Positions 25,071-38,426 of a stretch of DNA of 64,000 nt are shown piece after piece. A program made the position numbers and the translations under genes. How positions within the stretch are numbered: position 1 is the first letter of the stretch; each line of letters starts with the position of its first letter. This DNA comes from Utricularia gibba. Lineage: Eukaryota; Plantae; Magnoliophyta. The DNA is taken from contig NEEC01000004.1 in NCBI GenBank assembly GCA_002189035.1, positions 5,394,001-5,458,000 on the forward strand, given 5' to 3'. The notes beneath the pieces are model-generated. The model was not told the DNA's origin and ran no database searches. It was given only the letters and a program-made list of their open reading frames with translations.

Positions 25071-26495
25071 TCATCCATCTTCAACAGAAGAATCTGCGGC
25101 CTTCTCCGCTTTGGCTTGATCCTCCTCCTCCACCTGATTCCTCCTCCGCATAATAAATTCAACCAGATCTTGAAGCGCCGCATCGGGATCATCGCTCTTG
25201 AGAAGCTGCTCTGCTGCTTCAGCTGGAGTCACATCGACACTGCGCACCAACCCAGCGATCTCTTTAAAACGAGGATGATCCCTGATCCCAAGATAGTTCA
25301 TAGCCAACACTTGGAATCCGCCGGCCCTGCAATACGACATGTTTATGTGCACGTCCATGCGCCCCGGTCGGAGCAATGCTGGGTCCAGCTTCTCGATGTG
25401 GTTTGTGGTGAAGATTATGATCCTTTCGGCGCCACAGGTGGACCATAAGCCATCCACCAAGTTGAGCAAACCAGATAGTGTAACTTTGCTTTCTTCAGAA
25501 TCGGTGCCCTTAGCTTCGCGGGTGGGACTTGAGTTTGCTCGATTGGCTAACTTCTTCTGCAGATCGATTGTGCAATCGATGTCTTCCACTACTAAAATAG
25601 ACTTGTTATCTGTGTCCATTAGCAGCCTTCTCAGATCAGAGTTGTTCTTCACTTGAGACAACTCCAGATCATAAACATCGAAGTTTAAGTAGTTAGCCAT
25701 CGCAGCGATTAAGCTGGATTTTCCAGTGCCCGGAGGGCCGTACAGTAGATATCCTCTTTTCCAAGCTTTTCCCACTTTCTTGTAATACTCTTTTCTTCTC
25801 ACGAAACGGTCAAGATCCTTCAAGATCCTATCTTTTTCGTCAGGCTCCATCGCCAGAGTATCGAATGTAGCAGGGTGATCAAATGCCACCCCTTGCCAGT
25901 AACAATCATCAGGGGTAAAAATCTGAAGTTTTTTATTCTGAATTTTGATGTTCTCGGCCGAATTCAAGATGTGGGGTAGGTAAGAATCGAACACTAGTTT
26001 TCTGTTCTTCTTCTTGAAAGTGAGCTCGAAGGATTTTACCTCAGATTTCGTGGCCGATCGGTGAAAGTAGTATCCGGGATCATGTTCAACTTGGGTGGAA
26101 ACAAAGACCCACTTAAATGTTTCCCCTTGGAATAAATCCACTACTTCTCCGCCGGGCTCCATGGCGGTGTTGAAGTCCTTGCCATTCTCCCATCGGCTGA
26201 TTTTCACGCGGCGAGCGCTGGGGCCAATTTTGGGGCCGAGATAGGTCGCCGCCGCCTCGTAGACTTCGTTTGTAACTAAGCCCTCGTGCTCCTTAATCAC
26301 GAGGGTCAAATCTTTGGAATATCGGCTGAAGAAGCCGCGAGTGGTGGAAATAACGTAGTTTCGGAACTCTGAGGGGAGAAATTCATTGGCTACGCTGCGG
26401 ATAACAACGGCGGTGGCCGCGAATGTGCCAGCGGCGGAGATGATAGTCTTTACGGTGGCGAAGCTGGAGGATGGGTTATCCGAAATGCGAGACAT
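25071..26495 (-). CDS. BCS1-like plant AAA-ATPase (intronless)
   Basis: AAA-associated N-domain, FDHPATFDTLAM, Walker A GPPGTGKSS, Walker B VVEDID, LDPALLRPGRMDVHI. Confidence 0.95.
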   Translation of the reverse strand: MSRISDNPSSSFATVKTIISAAGTFAATAVVIRSVANEFLPSEFRNYVISTTRGFFSRYSKDLTLVIKEHEGLVTNEVYEAAATYLGPKIGPSARRVKISRWENGKDFNTAMEPGGEVVDLFQGETFKWVFVSTQVEHDPGYYFHRSATKSEVKSFELTFKKKNRKLVFDSYLPHILNSAENIKIQNKKLQIFTPDDCYWQGVAFDHPATFDTLAMEPDEKDRILKDLDRFVRRKEYYKKVGKAWKRGYLLYGPPGTGKSSLIAAMANYLNFDVYDLELSQVKNNSDLRRLLMDTDNKSILVVEDIDCTIDLQKKLANRANSSPTREAKGTDSEESKVTLSGLLNLVDGLWSTCGAERIIIFTTNHIEKLDPALLRPGRMDVHINMSYCRAGGFQVLAMNYLGIRDHPRFKEIAGLVRSVDVTPAEAAEQLLKSDDPDAALQDLVEFIMRRRNQVEEEDQAKAEKAADSSVEDG

Positions 26496-27140
26496 ACCCC
26501 AACCTTGTATCAAAACACAGATGCCCCAGGGGTATAAATAGAAATACAAATACAAATACGCAAACTTGGAGCCCAAGGTTCCTCCTACTGGAGGAGCAAG
26601 AGGACCATCAGAAACGCGGCTTGGACCTTTCAGTCAGCGAAGGCAACGAAGAAGATTCAACCCCGTGTTTTAGAAATTTCAAGATGTGCCCCTCCTGCTT
26701 TTCGAAATCACAAATGCGCCCCTTCTAGAATTACGGAAAATTGAAAAATCAACCCAAGATGGAGAGGGGGCTTCCACGAGGCAAGGAAAACATAAACAAA
26801 ATTTAATATTTAAAAATGGATTCTTCAATTTAATTATGATTTTTATTTAAATTATTTTTATAATAAAATAAATTGGTATGTTTACTTTTATTTATTATAA
26901 CATATAAATTTAAAAATGTTTTTCCGGAGTAATTCTTGATTCTTCCATATTCAAAAGGATCATCGCCATTCATTCTTCTCGGATCCATCGCTCTGCTCCG
27001 AGCCGGCCACGTGCCACACATCATCCCAAGTCAAATGTGGGATACAGCTATCCGTTTTCAGCAGGCCTTTTCGTCGAACACCTTCTGTGCTCAATCATTT
27101 GCTGCTTGCTGTTTCCTTTTCTTCACCCGAAGCCACTTCC

Positions 27141-28452
27141 ATGGATTTGCCGGATGTATTCCACATGAATGGAGGCCGAGGAACCACCAGTTACTCCCAG
27201 AACTCTTCCCTTCAGGTCGCACCTGGACCCAAGTTAGAGTTTCTTTTTTAGTTATGCTTCTTTGCTTGGGTTGAGCTGATCAAGCTACCCACTCTTCAGA
27301 GGAAGACTGTGGACAGAGTGATTCACGTAGCATCAGAGGCTTTAACTCGGATATATTTGTCAATGGGGCCAAAGAGGAGCTTAACGATGGCGGATCTGGG
27401 GTGCTCCTCAGGCCCCAACACGTTATCGGGGATCAAGAGGCTGTTAGAAACCATCCAGAAAGCAAGCGCGAGTGTCATGCAACCAGCCCCGGAATGCATA
27501 GTCTACTTGAACGATCTATTTACTAATGATTTCAATACCCTGTTTCGAGATCTGCCTGAGTTTTTCCAGGAGCTACGAGGAAACGATCTCCGGGTCTACG
27601 TCGGAGCTTATCCCGGTACCTTCTACGGCCGGCTTTTCCCGGATAAATGCCTCAGCTTCGTTTACTCCTTCAACAGCCTGCACTGGCTGTCAAAGGTGAT
27701 CTTCCCGAACCATGCTTGAATTTGATCCACTTGATTGGTTCATCGAAGAAAAAGAAAACTAATTTTTTTCATTAAGGATGCAGATTCCTCCTGGAATTTA
27801 TGATGAAAATGGCTTTTCCCTAAACAAAAACAGCATATACATATCCGAGAGAAGCTCCCCGCTGGTATCCCAAGCTTATTACAGACAGTTCAAGGAGGAT
27901 TTCTCGCTGTTCTTGCGATCACGGTCTGAAGAAGTGATTCCAGGCGGGAAAATGGTGCTCATGTTCCTCGGTAGAACTGGCCCTCGGCACTCCAGCAACG
28001 AGAGTACATTCTTCTGGGAGATTCTCTACCAGGCGTTTTCCGTCCTTGTTTCCCAGGTATGCTTCCTTGTAACTGAAATTAAAAACAAAAGCCCAGATAA
28101 TCGAGGTGTTTGGTACTAGGGTGAGATTCCTGCGGATAAACTAGAATCCTATGACGTCCATTTCTACGCACCATCTCTGGAGGAGGTGGAGGAGGAAGTG
28201 AGAAAAGAGGGGTCCTTCGAAATGGAGCTGATGGAGGTGTTTGAGGTGGAGAAGGACGCCGGAAACTGCCCTAGCTACGGCGCCGCCGTTGCCGGAGCTG
28301 TGAGGTCCATTCAAGAATCAATGATCTCACATCATTTTGGCGATGCAATATTGGATAAAGTGTTCGAAAATTTCGGGAGATTAGTTGACGAAGAACTATC
28401 CACGCGACATGTCCAAACCCCCACGGCGGTCATCGTTCTCACCAGACTTTGA
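27141..28452 (+). CDS. SABATH carboxyl methyltransferase (resembles the CLAMT/At4g36470 clade)
   Basis: Exons 27141-27215, 27300-27695, 27784-28056, 28120-28452. FHMNGG.G.TSY, ADLGCSSGPNTL, NDLFTNDFN, PGTFYGRLFP, SLHWLS, SYDVHFYAPS. Confidence 0.92.
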
Positions 28453-29407
28453 CAGGAACAAGAAAACGGGAGGAGGAAGAAGTGACGCCATTGTCATCGG
28501 ATGTCTTTTAATTTTTTTATCTTTTTTGAAAAATACTTTTTAAGAAAAAAAAAAAATCACTTCAAAAGGCGTTGTAATCACGGTATATGAGCCTATAATT
28601 GTTTCAAACAATGGGCCAGAGCGCTTTTATAATGGGCTTTCTCTTGGGCTTGGCCTCAATCACAAACAACCCATTTTGATGATTCTCGTCCCAGGGGGGG
28701 CGGAGTTTTCGTTTGATTTTAGAAAATCTTTATAATATTTTGAGGCAATTATTTAAATCATGAATTTTGAATCCAGTAATTTCCTTTGGGATAATTATAA
28801 TCTGGTTTAAAAATATAATCTGGGAGCGAATTTGTAATTTTGCACTCTTACTAAACCACATTGAAATGTAAATTTGGCGTCCGTTGGTACACTGCAAGCT
28901 TTTTTCACACGTACGGTGTTACTCTCACTCTTCACGCCACACTCGGTCTCTCAAACTTCGGCACAGAGCTTCCGGCGATCGCCATCGGTATGTCGTTTTT
29001 CTCAGTGCTTCTTATTCATACAGTAGTGCATTTCTCCTGTGACGAATGCCTACTAGTTTTTCAATTGGAAGTTACTGATTTAAGGTTTGAGTTTGTTGCA
29101 TTTGTTTGATGTTTTTGTGCGGTTACCTTTGTATTCACGATTCGTTTAGGGCTTTAGTTTTACCGTATGATCATTGCTCGATATGATTCTATTGAATAGT
29201 CTGTGTTTGTATTTGCTTTGTTTCTGACTTGTGCGTCTGGGCATTTTTTTTCTTGTAAAGTGTGCGGAGTATTGCTGGCTTCGAGTTAGTGTTTTAATCA
29301 TTGCAACTTCGGTGATTTTTTTTCGGCACTTGTTTAATCTGGTGACTCGCTTTTGCTCCACCCCCGTGTGTTTTCTTACTGTGATAAATTGGCATATTTG
29401 AGAAGGT

Positions 29408-31572
29408 ATGAGTTCGAAAAGAGGTGATGGGAGTTCTTACAACAGTGGAAGAGGCACATCAGGTATCACCAACCCCACCAGCAATCACCTGCAACAAGAT
29501 TTCTCGGCTATGGATTTGCAGTCTTCTGATGGATGGGAGGTGTCTGGAAGGAAGAATAAGAACAAGAATGTGAGTGGTTCACAGCAATGGATTTCCCAGG
29601 GTTCTAACCCTAAAGCATGGGGTCATTCTGATACGGTCCAGAAATTAGGAATGCATAATCCTGGAGGCTCGGGAGAGGAGGTTGCACTCAAGCATCTCCT
29701 GTTGTGCAGTATGCTGATCCTAGTAAAGCTGCTGGAAGAGGGCGTCCTGCCACTGTTGGGCCAGTTCCCGTAATCTCTGCTCCTCTCAGCAAGGGATGGA
29801 ACTGGGCTGCTAAAACAGCTGCTTCTAAAGGAAATAACCATCCAGTGCAGAATGCTGATGATGGGGCACCGAAGTTCGATGACCCTGATGATGGAGAAGA
29901 ATCGGATGCTCTGACTGATACAGATGATGATCTTCTCAGTGACGAATTTGACTCCGATGGGAGCCCTAAAAGCCATGAAGCTAGGAAGCAGAACCGGTGG
30001 TTTAGGGATTTCTTCAAGTGCCTTGATGATTTTACAGTTGATCAAATCAATGACTCTGAGAGGAAATGGCATTGCCCTGCTTGTAAAGGTGGACCCGGAG
30101 CTATAGACTGGTATCGTGGGCTGATGCCACTTATTACCCATGCAAAGACAAAGAGATCGAAAAGAGCAAAGCTCCACCGGGAATTTGCAGGTCTTCTTGA
30201 AGAAGAGCTTAAATTAAGGGGACATCAGCAGTTCCAGCCGGTGAGATGTTTGGAAAGTGGAAAGGCCTAGAGGAAAGAGCTGACAGAGAGATAGTTTGGC
30301 CACCAATGGTGATAGTGATGAATACCCGACTTGAGAAGGACGAAAATGATATGGTTAACAATCACTTGATCATTTTCTGCAGTTAATCTTATTTTAGTCT
30401 TTTGACTTTTCTTTTTCTGAAAATTCTTGTAGTGGATAGGCATGGGAAATACGGAGCTACTGGACTACTTCAGTTCATATGCAGCATCTCGGGCCAAGCA
30501 CTCTTATGGACCTATGGGCCATCGTGGAATGAGCGTGTTGATTTTTGAAGCTTCAGCGGTCGGGTATGCTGAAGCTGAAAGGCTAAGCAAACATTTCGAA
30601 GATACAGGTCGAGATAGGCATGCTTGGGAAAGAATCAAGAGGCCCACGTACTCTAGTGGCCAACGCCAGCTCTATGGATACATGGCTGAGCAAAGAGATT
30701 TGGAAATATTCAACAGGCACTCAGCAGGTGTGGTGTGTTTTTGTGAATTTTTTTTGACGATTGCTGATGGTAGCATTAGTTTTCTCAAGGTCTGAAACGC
30801 TGTAGGTAAATCTAAATTGAAGTATGATATGAGGTCATATCAAGAAATGGTTGTTAACCAAATGAAGCAGATGAGTGAAGATAATCAAAAACTTATCTGG
30901 TACAAATCCAAGGCGAAGAAGGAACAAATGAGCAAACTGGCAGCAGAAAGTACAATGGGAGCAATGAGTGAGAAGCTACGGCAGGCAGCTGAGGAGAACC
31001 GTATCGTGAAACTGAGATCACAGAAACACCATGAGCAGAACAAACAAGAGGTATGCTACAAATTTTATTAGGGAATTTATCAACCCCACTTCATTGCAAA
31101 CTGCATTCTTTGTCATTTGGATGCAGATGGATTTCCAAGAGGAGTTCTTCACGGAGCAAATCCAGAAGCTGTACGAATCCAGGAACGCAAAAGAGGGAGT
31201 ACTGGAAAAAAGCCTACAAATTGAACGTGACAAAGTTTTCCTCTCCGAATCAACCGCATCTTCCGCTGAGGAGCGTCAAGTCAAGTAACAATTCTCACTC
31301 CCCCCCGATTGCTTCCTCGAGATCCCCGTCACGACCTTTGTTTCCTCTCATCCAGGGAACGAGAAATCGCCAAGTTCATTCAAATGCAGAACGACAGGGT
31401 GGATGAGTACCGTAGGAAGAAGGAAAAACTCATCAAGGCTCAAGAAGAGCGTAAGCTCGAGATGCAGCGGCGCCATCACGAAGAAATGATGTCTCTTGAG
31501 AAGCAGTTGGACGAGGAGTTCACGAAGCTGATCGAGGAATACAGCCCTCCCCAAGACCAGACCACTACTTGA
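29408..31572 (+). CDS. SGS3: Suppressor of gene silencing 3 (zf-XS, XS, coiled coil), with two apparent -1 frame breaks in exon 1
   Basis: Exons 29408-30353, 30433-30727, 30806-31050, 31127-31284, 31356-31572. [60 protein letters not shown]. Confidence 0.92.
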
Positions 31573-32914
31573 ACCAGTCACTGGAAGAAGCTTCCACATG
31601 GATCAACTTTTTGAACAGCAGCTTCTCATCGGTTGCTTGTTTTTGCTACACCCCCCATTGGCTCCAACTGTCTCATCTTTCCATTTTGGCTAGTGTGATG
31701 TTAGAAGGCTGTTGCATTGTCCTCAACAGCCGACCGGTCCGGTTCAATTCTGTCGAAAGAGGACACCTTTTTTGTAATGAAAAGTAGGGGACACGTGGCA
31801 GGTTTTGGGGTGGATAACACGGTGGCACTGGTTCAACGAAGTGGTCCAAGCATCTTCTTCTCCGATCCCTATCCCGATTCATTCTCACCCACAAAAGCTG
31901 TATACCAAGATTGGGCAGGTTACCGGACAATTATGCCCCTTTCACCGGATGATCCGGTTGCAGCCACAGAAAGGTAGAGGTTTTATCACACAGTTCCGGT
32001 TTCTTCTCCGTTGGGTGCCGAATCCGGAGGTCTTATTTTCTGCACTTTTTCTTTTTATCCGTTTTGTTTTGTCTTTTTTATTTCTTTCTTCCAAATTGAA
32101 AATTCCTGTCCACAAATCATTTTTTTCCGTTTTATTCAATCCACCTTTTCATCATTTTGCCATTCGGCTTCAGTACATACAAGTTTCGTTGCGTGACGTA
32201 TGTTCAATAAAGGTTGCTGTTTTTTAACATCTGGGTATTCCTGATCCGGAGTTGGATCAAAATTTCGGGTACTTTTTTTATCTCCTTGGGTTTTAGGTGG
32301 GTGTTTTTTGTACGAATTTGGATTTGTAGCTGAGGATTTCGCTTTTGTTTTCGTTGGTGATCGCGATCTGTTTGTCTCTTGTTTTGCTGATTGTTCTTGA
32401 TTCGTTCGGATGAGATCCGGGTCTTCTGTTATCTGGTTTTTGCTTGGGGAGAAATGGGGCATGATCTGAATTTTAATAGATCCATTGAATTCTAAGTTTA
32501 GCCATAAAAGCTACGTGAATGAACGAATCTTGGTAGATTTGCTATACTCGATTGATGAGCCGTTTTTCGATCATTCAGTTTTTCGCCATGGGGTTTCTAT
32601 GGGGTTTTCTTTTTTGTTTTCTATTCATTGGGTTGCCATCGTTTTTCAAAATCATGGGACTTGGAAAATCTGGTGTTTGGATTTGGAGGGTAATTGGTTA
32701 TGGTCAATGTCCGCATTTATTTTGGTAGGAGTGGAAGTTTAATGTCATTCCTGGTTATGATTGCGTGATGATGATTTCAGTAGGTATCTTGACCTATGAT
32801 TTTGGTGTTATTTATTTATTTATTTTTGTAACATTGGGCTAGAGATTGATGGAGTTTTTTTTTTTAAAAAAAAAAATGTAGCTTTGAAAGTGGCTACACT
32901 GTGCTGGAACTCTG

Positions 32915-35479
32915 ATGGTGTGTAAGAAAAGGCTGGAATTTGGGTTCATAGGCTATGGAACTCCAATGGTTCCCAGGGCTCCGAGATCGATGAGGGTAAT
33001 TTCGTGTTTTCAGTGCATGCTGGTGTTATTCTCTCATTTTAAAAATGACCACATCTATCCACAGAGAAAAAAATCAGGGGAAGACGAAAAGCTTCGTGCT
33101 TTTGAACTCCTTGCATCTGTTGCTGGAAAATTGCTGGAAGAGAGTGAAGGCTCTGCATCCAGCAATGCTGCTGAAATAAAACTTAATCTCGTGGGGGCAA
33201 TGAGAAGGAGATACCTAATATTGGTAAGGCTAGTTTCAAGTGTGAGAACGTTGATCGTGGAAGTTGTGATGAGAGTGTGTTTTTTCCTGAAACTTCCATT
33301 CAGGATCACTCTTATTCGCCTATAGTATCTGGCACCTCTGAGAAACTTGACAGTGACATGAAATTAGGAGTAAGGGAGGGGAAGAGCTCAAAAAACATTG
33401 ATATTAGTAACACAATTGGCCCTTTATATATCGACGAGCAGTTGCATCTTAAAGAAGAGTATGGATCTGAAGTGCGTTTGGCAGATGTAAAGGGTGAGAT
33501 AGAGGATCTGTCTGTAGCCAATGGACTGGCATTAAAGGATCACGTTGAGGGTTTTGTTACTAGCTCACTTAACTCTGAAAGTAGTGTACAGCTCCCATTG
33601 TACCGGGAACTCTTTCCTTGTGGTTTGCTTCAGAAGCACAGGAATAATGTAAAGCTAGGGATTAGGGATGATGACGAAAATTTTCCAGGGTTTAACAAAC
33701 GTTTCATTCAGAGGACTTTTAGGCCACAACCACGCACCGGACATCGTAGAGTAAGAAAGATGATGACATCTAGATACTGGAAAACAGCTCCAAAAATGAA
33801 GGATTGTGAAAGACTTTACACCACCACCAGTAAGTGGTTGTCAAGCTTCTATATATGCTTTTGATGTATTTTCGAATTTCTTTGTAGCCTGTTCAATTGT
33901 CCATCTTTATTGATATTAGTTATCTAGCTTCAGGTCAGGGAATGAACTCCTTCTACAAATGCAGAAGGAGCGTTTATTCACGAGAAAGATTTCAAAGAGC
34001 ACCTATTAAGAAGAGAGGGTTGTCTGATCACAGGTTTTCTGTTGCATTTGAATGCCAAGACAACAGCAGCAGTGTCTCGAAAATTCCTGGGAAAGGTATA
34101 GTGGAAATAATAACTGATAGTTTGTGATCTTTGGTGGAGATCACTGATTTTGTTCGGCCATTGTTCCGTGTAGTGGGTGATGGTTCTTCCACTTACATGA
34201 AAGTTCACTCAAAATCTAAGGAGCGTCATGGTACAACTTTCTTCCCACAGTCTGTTCCTAGTTTTGTGAGCTCTTGGAGGGTATTCTTATGCAGTTTCTT
34301 CTCGTTTCAGTGGCAGTTAGTATTAAGTCCTTTAAGGTGCCGGAACTCTATTTTGAAGTCCCTGAAAGTGCAACAGTGGGTTCCTTGAAGGTTGTCATTC
34401 AGAGAAAAATCAGTTTCAAGTTATGCAGATCCAAATAGCATTTAACTAAGCCATCTTTCTGCAGAGAACGGTATTGGAGGAAGTGACTGCAATTCTCGGT
34501 CGTGGCATACGCGTTGGAATAGTTTTTCAGGGAAAAAACATCAGAGATGACAACAGAACTCTGCTGCAGGTAGGAATTTCTCAGTATAGCGACCTTGACA
34601 ATCTGGGTTTTACGTTAGAGCCAAGCCTTGCTCACCTCCCTGCAAATCCTAAACCAGAACCTGATTCAGTGTACGTGATGCTACTTATTCAGAAATTCAA
34701 AAGTATGATCTTGACTTCTCCGATGAGCCATTTTAGGAATTGATAACTTTGTGAAATCAACAGGTCTCCTGCCACTCCAGTGATTGGTGATTCAGACCCT
34801 ATCAAACAGGACAGTGTGGCCAACAAGGAGCTTATGTCATCTTTCTCTAATCTAAGGCCCGCTGATGATAATGATATGTCAATCGATGGAACAGTTCCTC
34901 AGAGCATGGCATTGGTCCCTGTCGCTGATGCTCTTGCACCAGTTCTTATAAACCAGAAAGCGAAACCGAAACGCAGTGAGGTTGCACCGAGAAGGACTAG
35001 GAGGCCGTTCTCTGTTGCAGAGGTGGAAGCATTGGTTGAAGCAGTTGAACAACTGGGAACAGGGAGGTAAGACATGAAAGAACCTAAGCTGAAGTCCTCT
35101 AGGAAGCAAATCCATGATTTCATACGAATCTCAGGTGGCGTGACGTTAAAATGCGTGCTTTTGAGAATGCAGATCACAGAACTTATGTTGATCTGAAGGT
35201 ATGAACCATCATGCTACACCACGCATACCTTCAAACAAATAAGACAACCTTCTGTTTCTAAACTTTGGTCCGTTTGCGCAGGATAAGTGGAAAACATTGG
35301 TTCACACAGCCAGCATTTCCCCGCAGCAGAGAAGAGGGGAGCCTGTTCCGCATGAACTGTTAAATCGTGTTCTTTCTGCACACTCCTACTGGTCGCACCA
35401 TCAGTCCAAGCATGGGAAGCTGCAAGCCCTCGAGCCTCCGAGGATAGCGGATATACAAGAGGCTGCTGCAGGCGCATGA
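32915..35479 (+). CDS. TRP: Telomere repeat-binding protein (TRP/TRFL group I; ubiquitin-like plus telobox Myb with extension)
   Basis: VPRAPRS and AFELLASVAGKLLEESE N-terminal motifs, IKSFKVPELYFEVPESATVGSLK, RRTRRPFSVAEVEALVEAVEQLGTGR-WRDVK-RTYVDLK-DKWKTLVHTASISPQQRRGEPVP. One G missing in the run at 33193-33197. Confidence 0.93.
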
Positions 35480-35803
35480 TGGATCTAGGAGTTCAGTTCT
35501 TCTCTTGTTCATTAGATATATATGATGAATACATACACTCCAGAAGTGCACATAGGCTGTGAATTATCGATTATCTGCTGATTCTTAGCATTAACTTCTT
35601 GTATAATTTTGTGGTTATGAAAGAATTTTTTTATCTGAAACCAAGTGTCTTTCCTAACATACTGCAATCTAGCACACATCAAAATCAGGTATATTCACAT
35701 GAAACACAGCATACAAGGTGCATCTGCACCATTGAAACACAGGACTCCTTCCCATTGGCTTAAGCTTGTAGATCTCAACATGGAGCCAATGCCACCATCA
35801 TCT

Positions 35804-36934
35804 TCAATACTCAGAGGCCCATCCATTAAATCTTCCAGATCTGGATCTTGCAGCAGCATTCCTCGGACTAATTCTGTAATCCAGATTGGAGGTGGAAGTA
35901 GATGACTCCCCTCTTCTAAACCCGAAACATGTGAATAAACCATTGAAAAAACCCCTCAGTCCACTTCTGTCCCTTGATATGCTGCTGTTACCTCCAGCAC
36001 CCCATGAAATCCTTCTAGGCGCACCCCCATTGCTGTTGAATGCACCATCCATTTCTGTGTAAACTAACGGGAATTCCCTCTCACCACCCCTCCTACCTCC
36101 TAAAAATCTTCCCACAGCAAAGCCCCCGCCAGGTAACCTCCATATGGTCAATCCAACCATCTCATCACCTTCACCTCTATTCAAATTTCTGATAACATCT
36201 CCCCCATCATTATCGGATGGCAACTCATGTCTGCAGACAGGGCAGGAATTCCTCAAAGAAAGCCAAGGAAAAATACAATCTTGGTGGTATAAATGTTTAC
36301 ATGGCATTTCCGTTGCCTCAGTTCCCAATTCAAAAGCGTCCTTACAGACAGCGCAGTGGGAATCAATTGCAATATGGTGCTCAGCAATCTCAATATTAGG
36401 CAATGATGCAATAGCTGCCTTGGACGCAGGGGGATGATGATCACCTCTTCCAATCCCATTCGCTTCAATGTGCGAAAGCTGATCCAATAATCGCTCAAAT
36501 CCGGACCCAAGTAAGAACTCAGACATGGCTGCAGGCAGCGGCCGTAGACCTGACCCCGCCCCATCATCATAAAACAATTCAAAACCACTGCCCACCTCCG
36601 CAGCCCCACCACCGCTGTCCCCTTGCCTCCGTAGAACGATGACTGGATTAAACGCAGTCCTGTCGACACCATTCCTGCGGCTTCTCCTAAGCATGGGGCT
36701 GGATCCAGAACCAGAACTTGACCCCGAACCCGCGAGAGGTACCGAATCGGATTCCGGAGACGTATACATCGCAGCACCCATAACGCGGCGTCTTCTGGAA
36801 TCGGGAAGCGAATTCCGGTGAGACCCATCCAGCTCCTCCACGAATCCGCCCCCACATTCCGGGCAAACAATGATTTCCTGTCTCCAAACCCTAACGAATC
36901 GATTGCATCTGTAACACCAATACGTCGACGACAT
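35804..36934 (-). CDS. RDUF: RING-H2 E3 ligase with zinc ribbon and DUF1117 (RDUF/RHC2A-like)
   Basis: YWCYRC...CPECGGGFVEEL, PPASKAAI, CAVCKDAF..PCKHLYHQDCIFPWLSLRNSCPVCR, GLTIWRLPGGGFAVGRF; intronless. Confidence 0.93.
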   Translation of the reverse strand: MSSTYWCYRCNRFVRVWRQEIIVCPECGGGFVEELDGSHRNSLPDSRRRRVMGAAMYTSPESDSVPLAGSGSSSGSGSSPMLRRSRRNGVDRTAFNPVIVLRRQGDSGGGAAEVGSGFELFYDDGAGSGLRPLPAAMSEFLLGSGFERLLDQLSHIEANGIGRGDHHPPASKAAIASLPNIEIAEHHIAIDSHCAVCKDAFELGTEATEMPCKHLYHQDCIFPWLSLRNSCPVCRHELPSDNDGGDVIRNLNRGEGDEMVGLTIWRLPGGGFAVGRFLGGRRGGEREFPLVYTEMDGAFNSNGGAPRRISWGAGGNSSISRDRSGLRGFFNGLFTCFGFRRGESSTSTSNLDYRISPRNAAARSRSGRFNGWASEY

Positions 36935-38426
36935 CCAGATGCAATCAAATGCACAACTGTTCGTCGACTGTTTATCTTGAGAAATCTAACAAAAACGAGA
37001 AAAATTCTTTCGGAGGGTCATCCCCATCCATCCCTCACCCCCACTCCACCCAGTTGGGCGGCAATTGTAAATATGGTTAACTACAGGGACCAAAAAGTCG
37101 GCGTGCAATAAAGGCCCCTCGTAACTCTTTGTGTATCCGACAATCGGCGCCAAGTGGCTGAGCCCAATGGGTCGTCCTCCTTGTTTGGGCCACGTGGCCT
37201 GATCCACTTGTCCGTGAACCGGACCCACCAAGCCAGGCCCAGAACCACCGTTGCCGTACAGAAACCAGCCTCCAGTCGTCAGCTGTTAGCCCAAGAGAAT
37301 CTGGATTCTGGAGCATCTTCTTGGAAAAGTAGTATGTATTATGCTCTGGAGCGCCGCCGTTTCTGCGATGAAACACAAGCCTACTGAAACCATGACGGAA
37401 AACTGCGTAGATCGTCGTTTTGCAATGGGGTTTTGTCGGCCGGATTGCGATGGGGTGCTCTCCCAGTTAGGGAGTGATGCTCGGTGGGTAGGAATATCGG
37501 TGAAGGCAGGCCAACAACCAGATACATTTTCCTTGCCGGCCACCTAACTCAGACTACACACGACTTGCAATCGCATCTCTCGTAAACCACGTCATCGGAT
37601 ACATCAATGTCTGTCAATCATTCTAACACAATGAAAGTAATGGGGAACGAGAGCGATCATCAGGAATGATTGATGATGTGTTTGGTGAACTGCAGAATGA
37701 GTGCTATTAGAGGAAGGTACTAACCCTCAAGATCTTGTAGTGGAAAGTTCCGGTCAGTTGGTCCTTGGGAGAAGAAGACGATCCTAGATCTGGGTTTTAG
37801 GGGATGATTAGGTAGGATTTCCATCAGGAAATACATGACTGTAGAATTAATGCAGAAACAAAATACACTTCGTACCTTTGGGCCATCACTTGTCGTCAAT
37901 AATTCCCAACAAAAATAATCACCTTATCTGTGGTATCCATGGCGATCAGAACTTTTAAAGGACACGTATGAAACCTAAATCGGAATAAAATAGCGGCGCA
38001 TTAAGTAAAGTAAATACGTTATCATTACAGATCGATGATGAGACAGTCTTCAGTTTTATATCTGGTGGTTGTCAACTTTCATTTGACTTTGACCTGTTCA
38101 AATATCTCGATATGTAGGTGAACTTCCCTCCAACTGTTGCCGCGTTTTGGTCTGGAGACAGTTGAGGGGAGTGACCGAGTTCATCAATTAATGTGATTCA
38201 CTGATCTTCTGGATTCGAGGTGAATTAGGTCACCCCCCGCGTAGGACCCCCCAAACCAAATAAAAATCCAATCTTTGAAGAATTCGCGTAGCTTTCCGGC
38301 TGTGTCCAATGAACCCTTTAAAGAGGGTCTTCTTTTCCTAATATAAATATGCAGGAGCTCACCAGCAGGACCTTGGAAGAAGCCAGCATTCCTCAGGCTT
38401 CCTTTTGCTTTTCTGGATTCTTAATA

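Noticed and set aside
37077-38300. Multiple overlapping short ORFs between the RING gene and GPAT5
   Set aside because: No recognisable domain or consistent splice pattern; GC-rich promoter-type sequence yields such ORFs by chance
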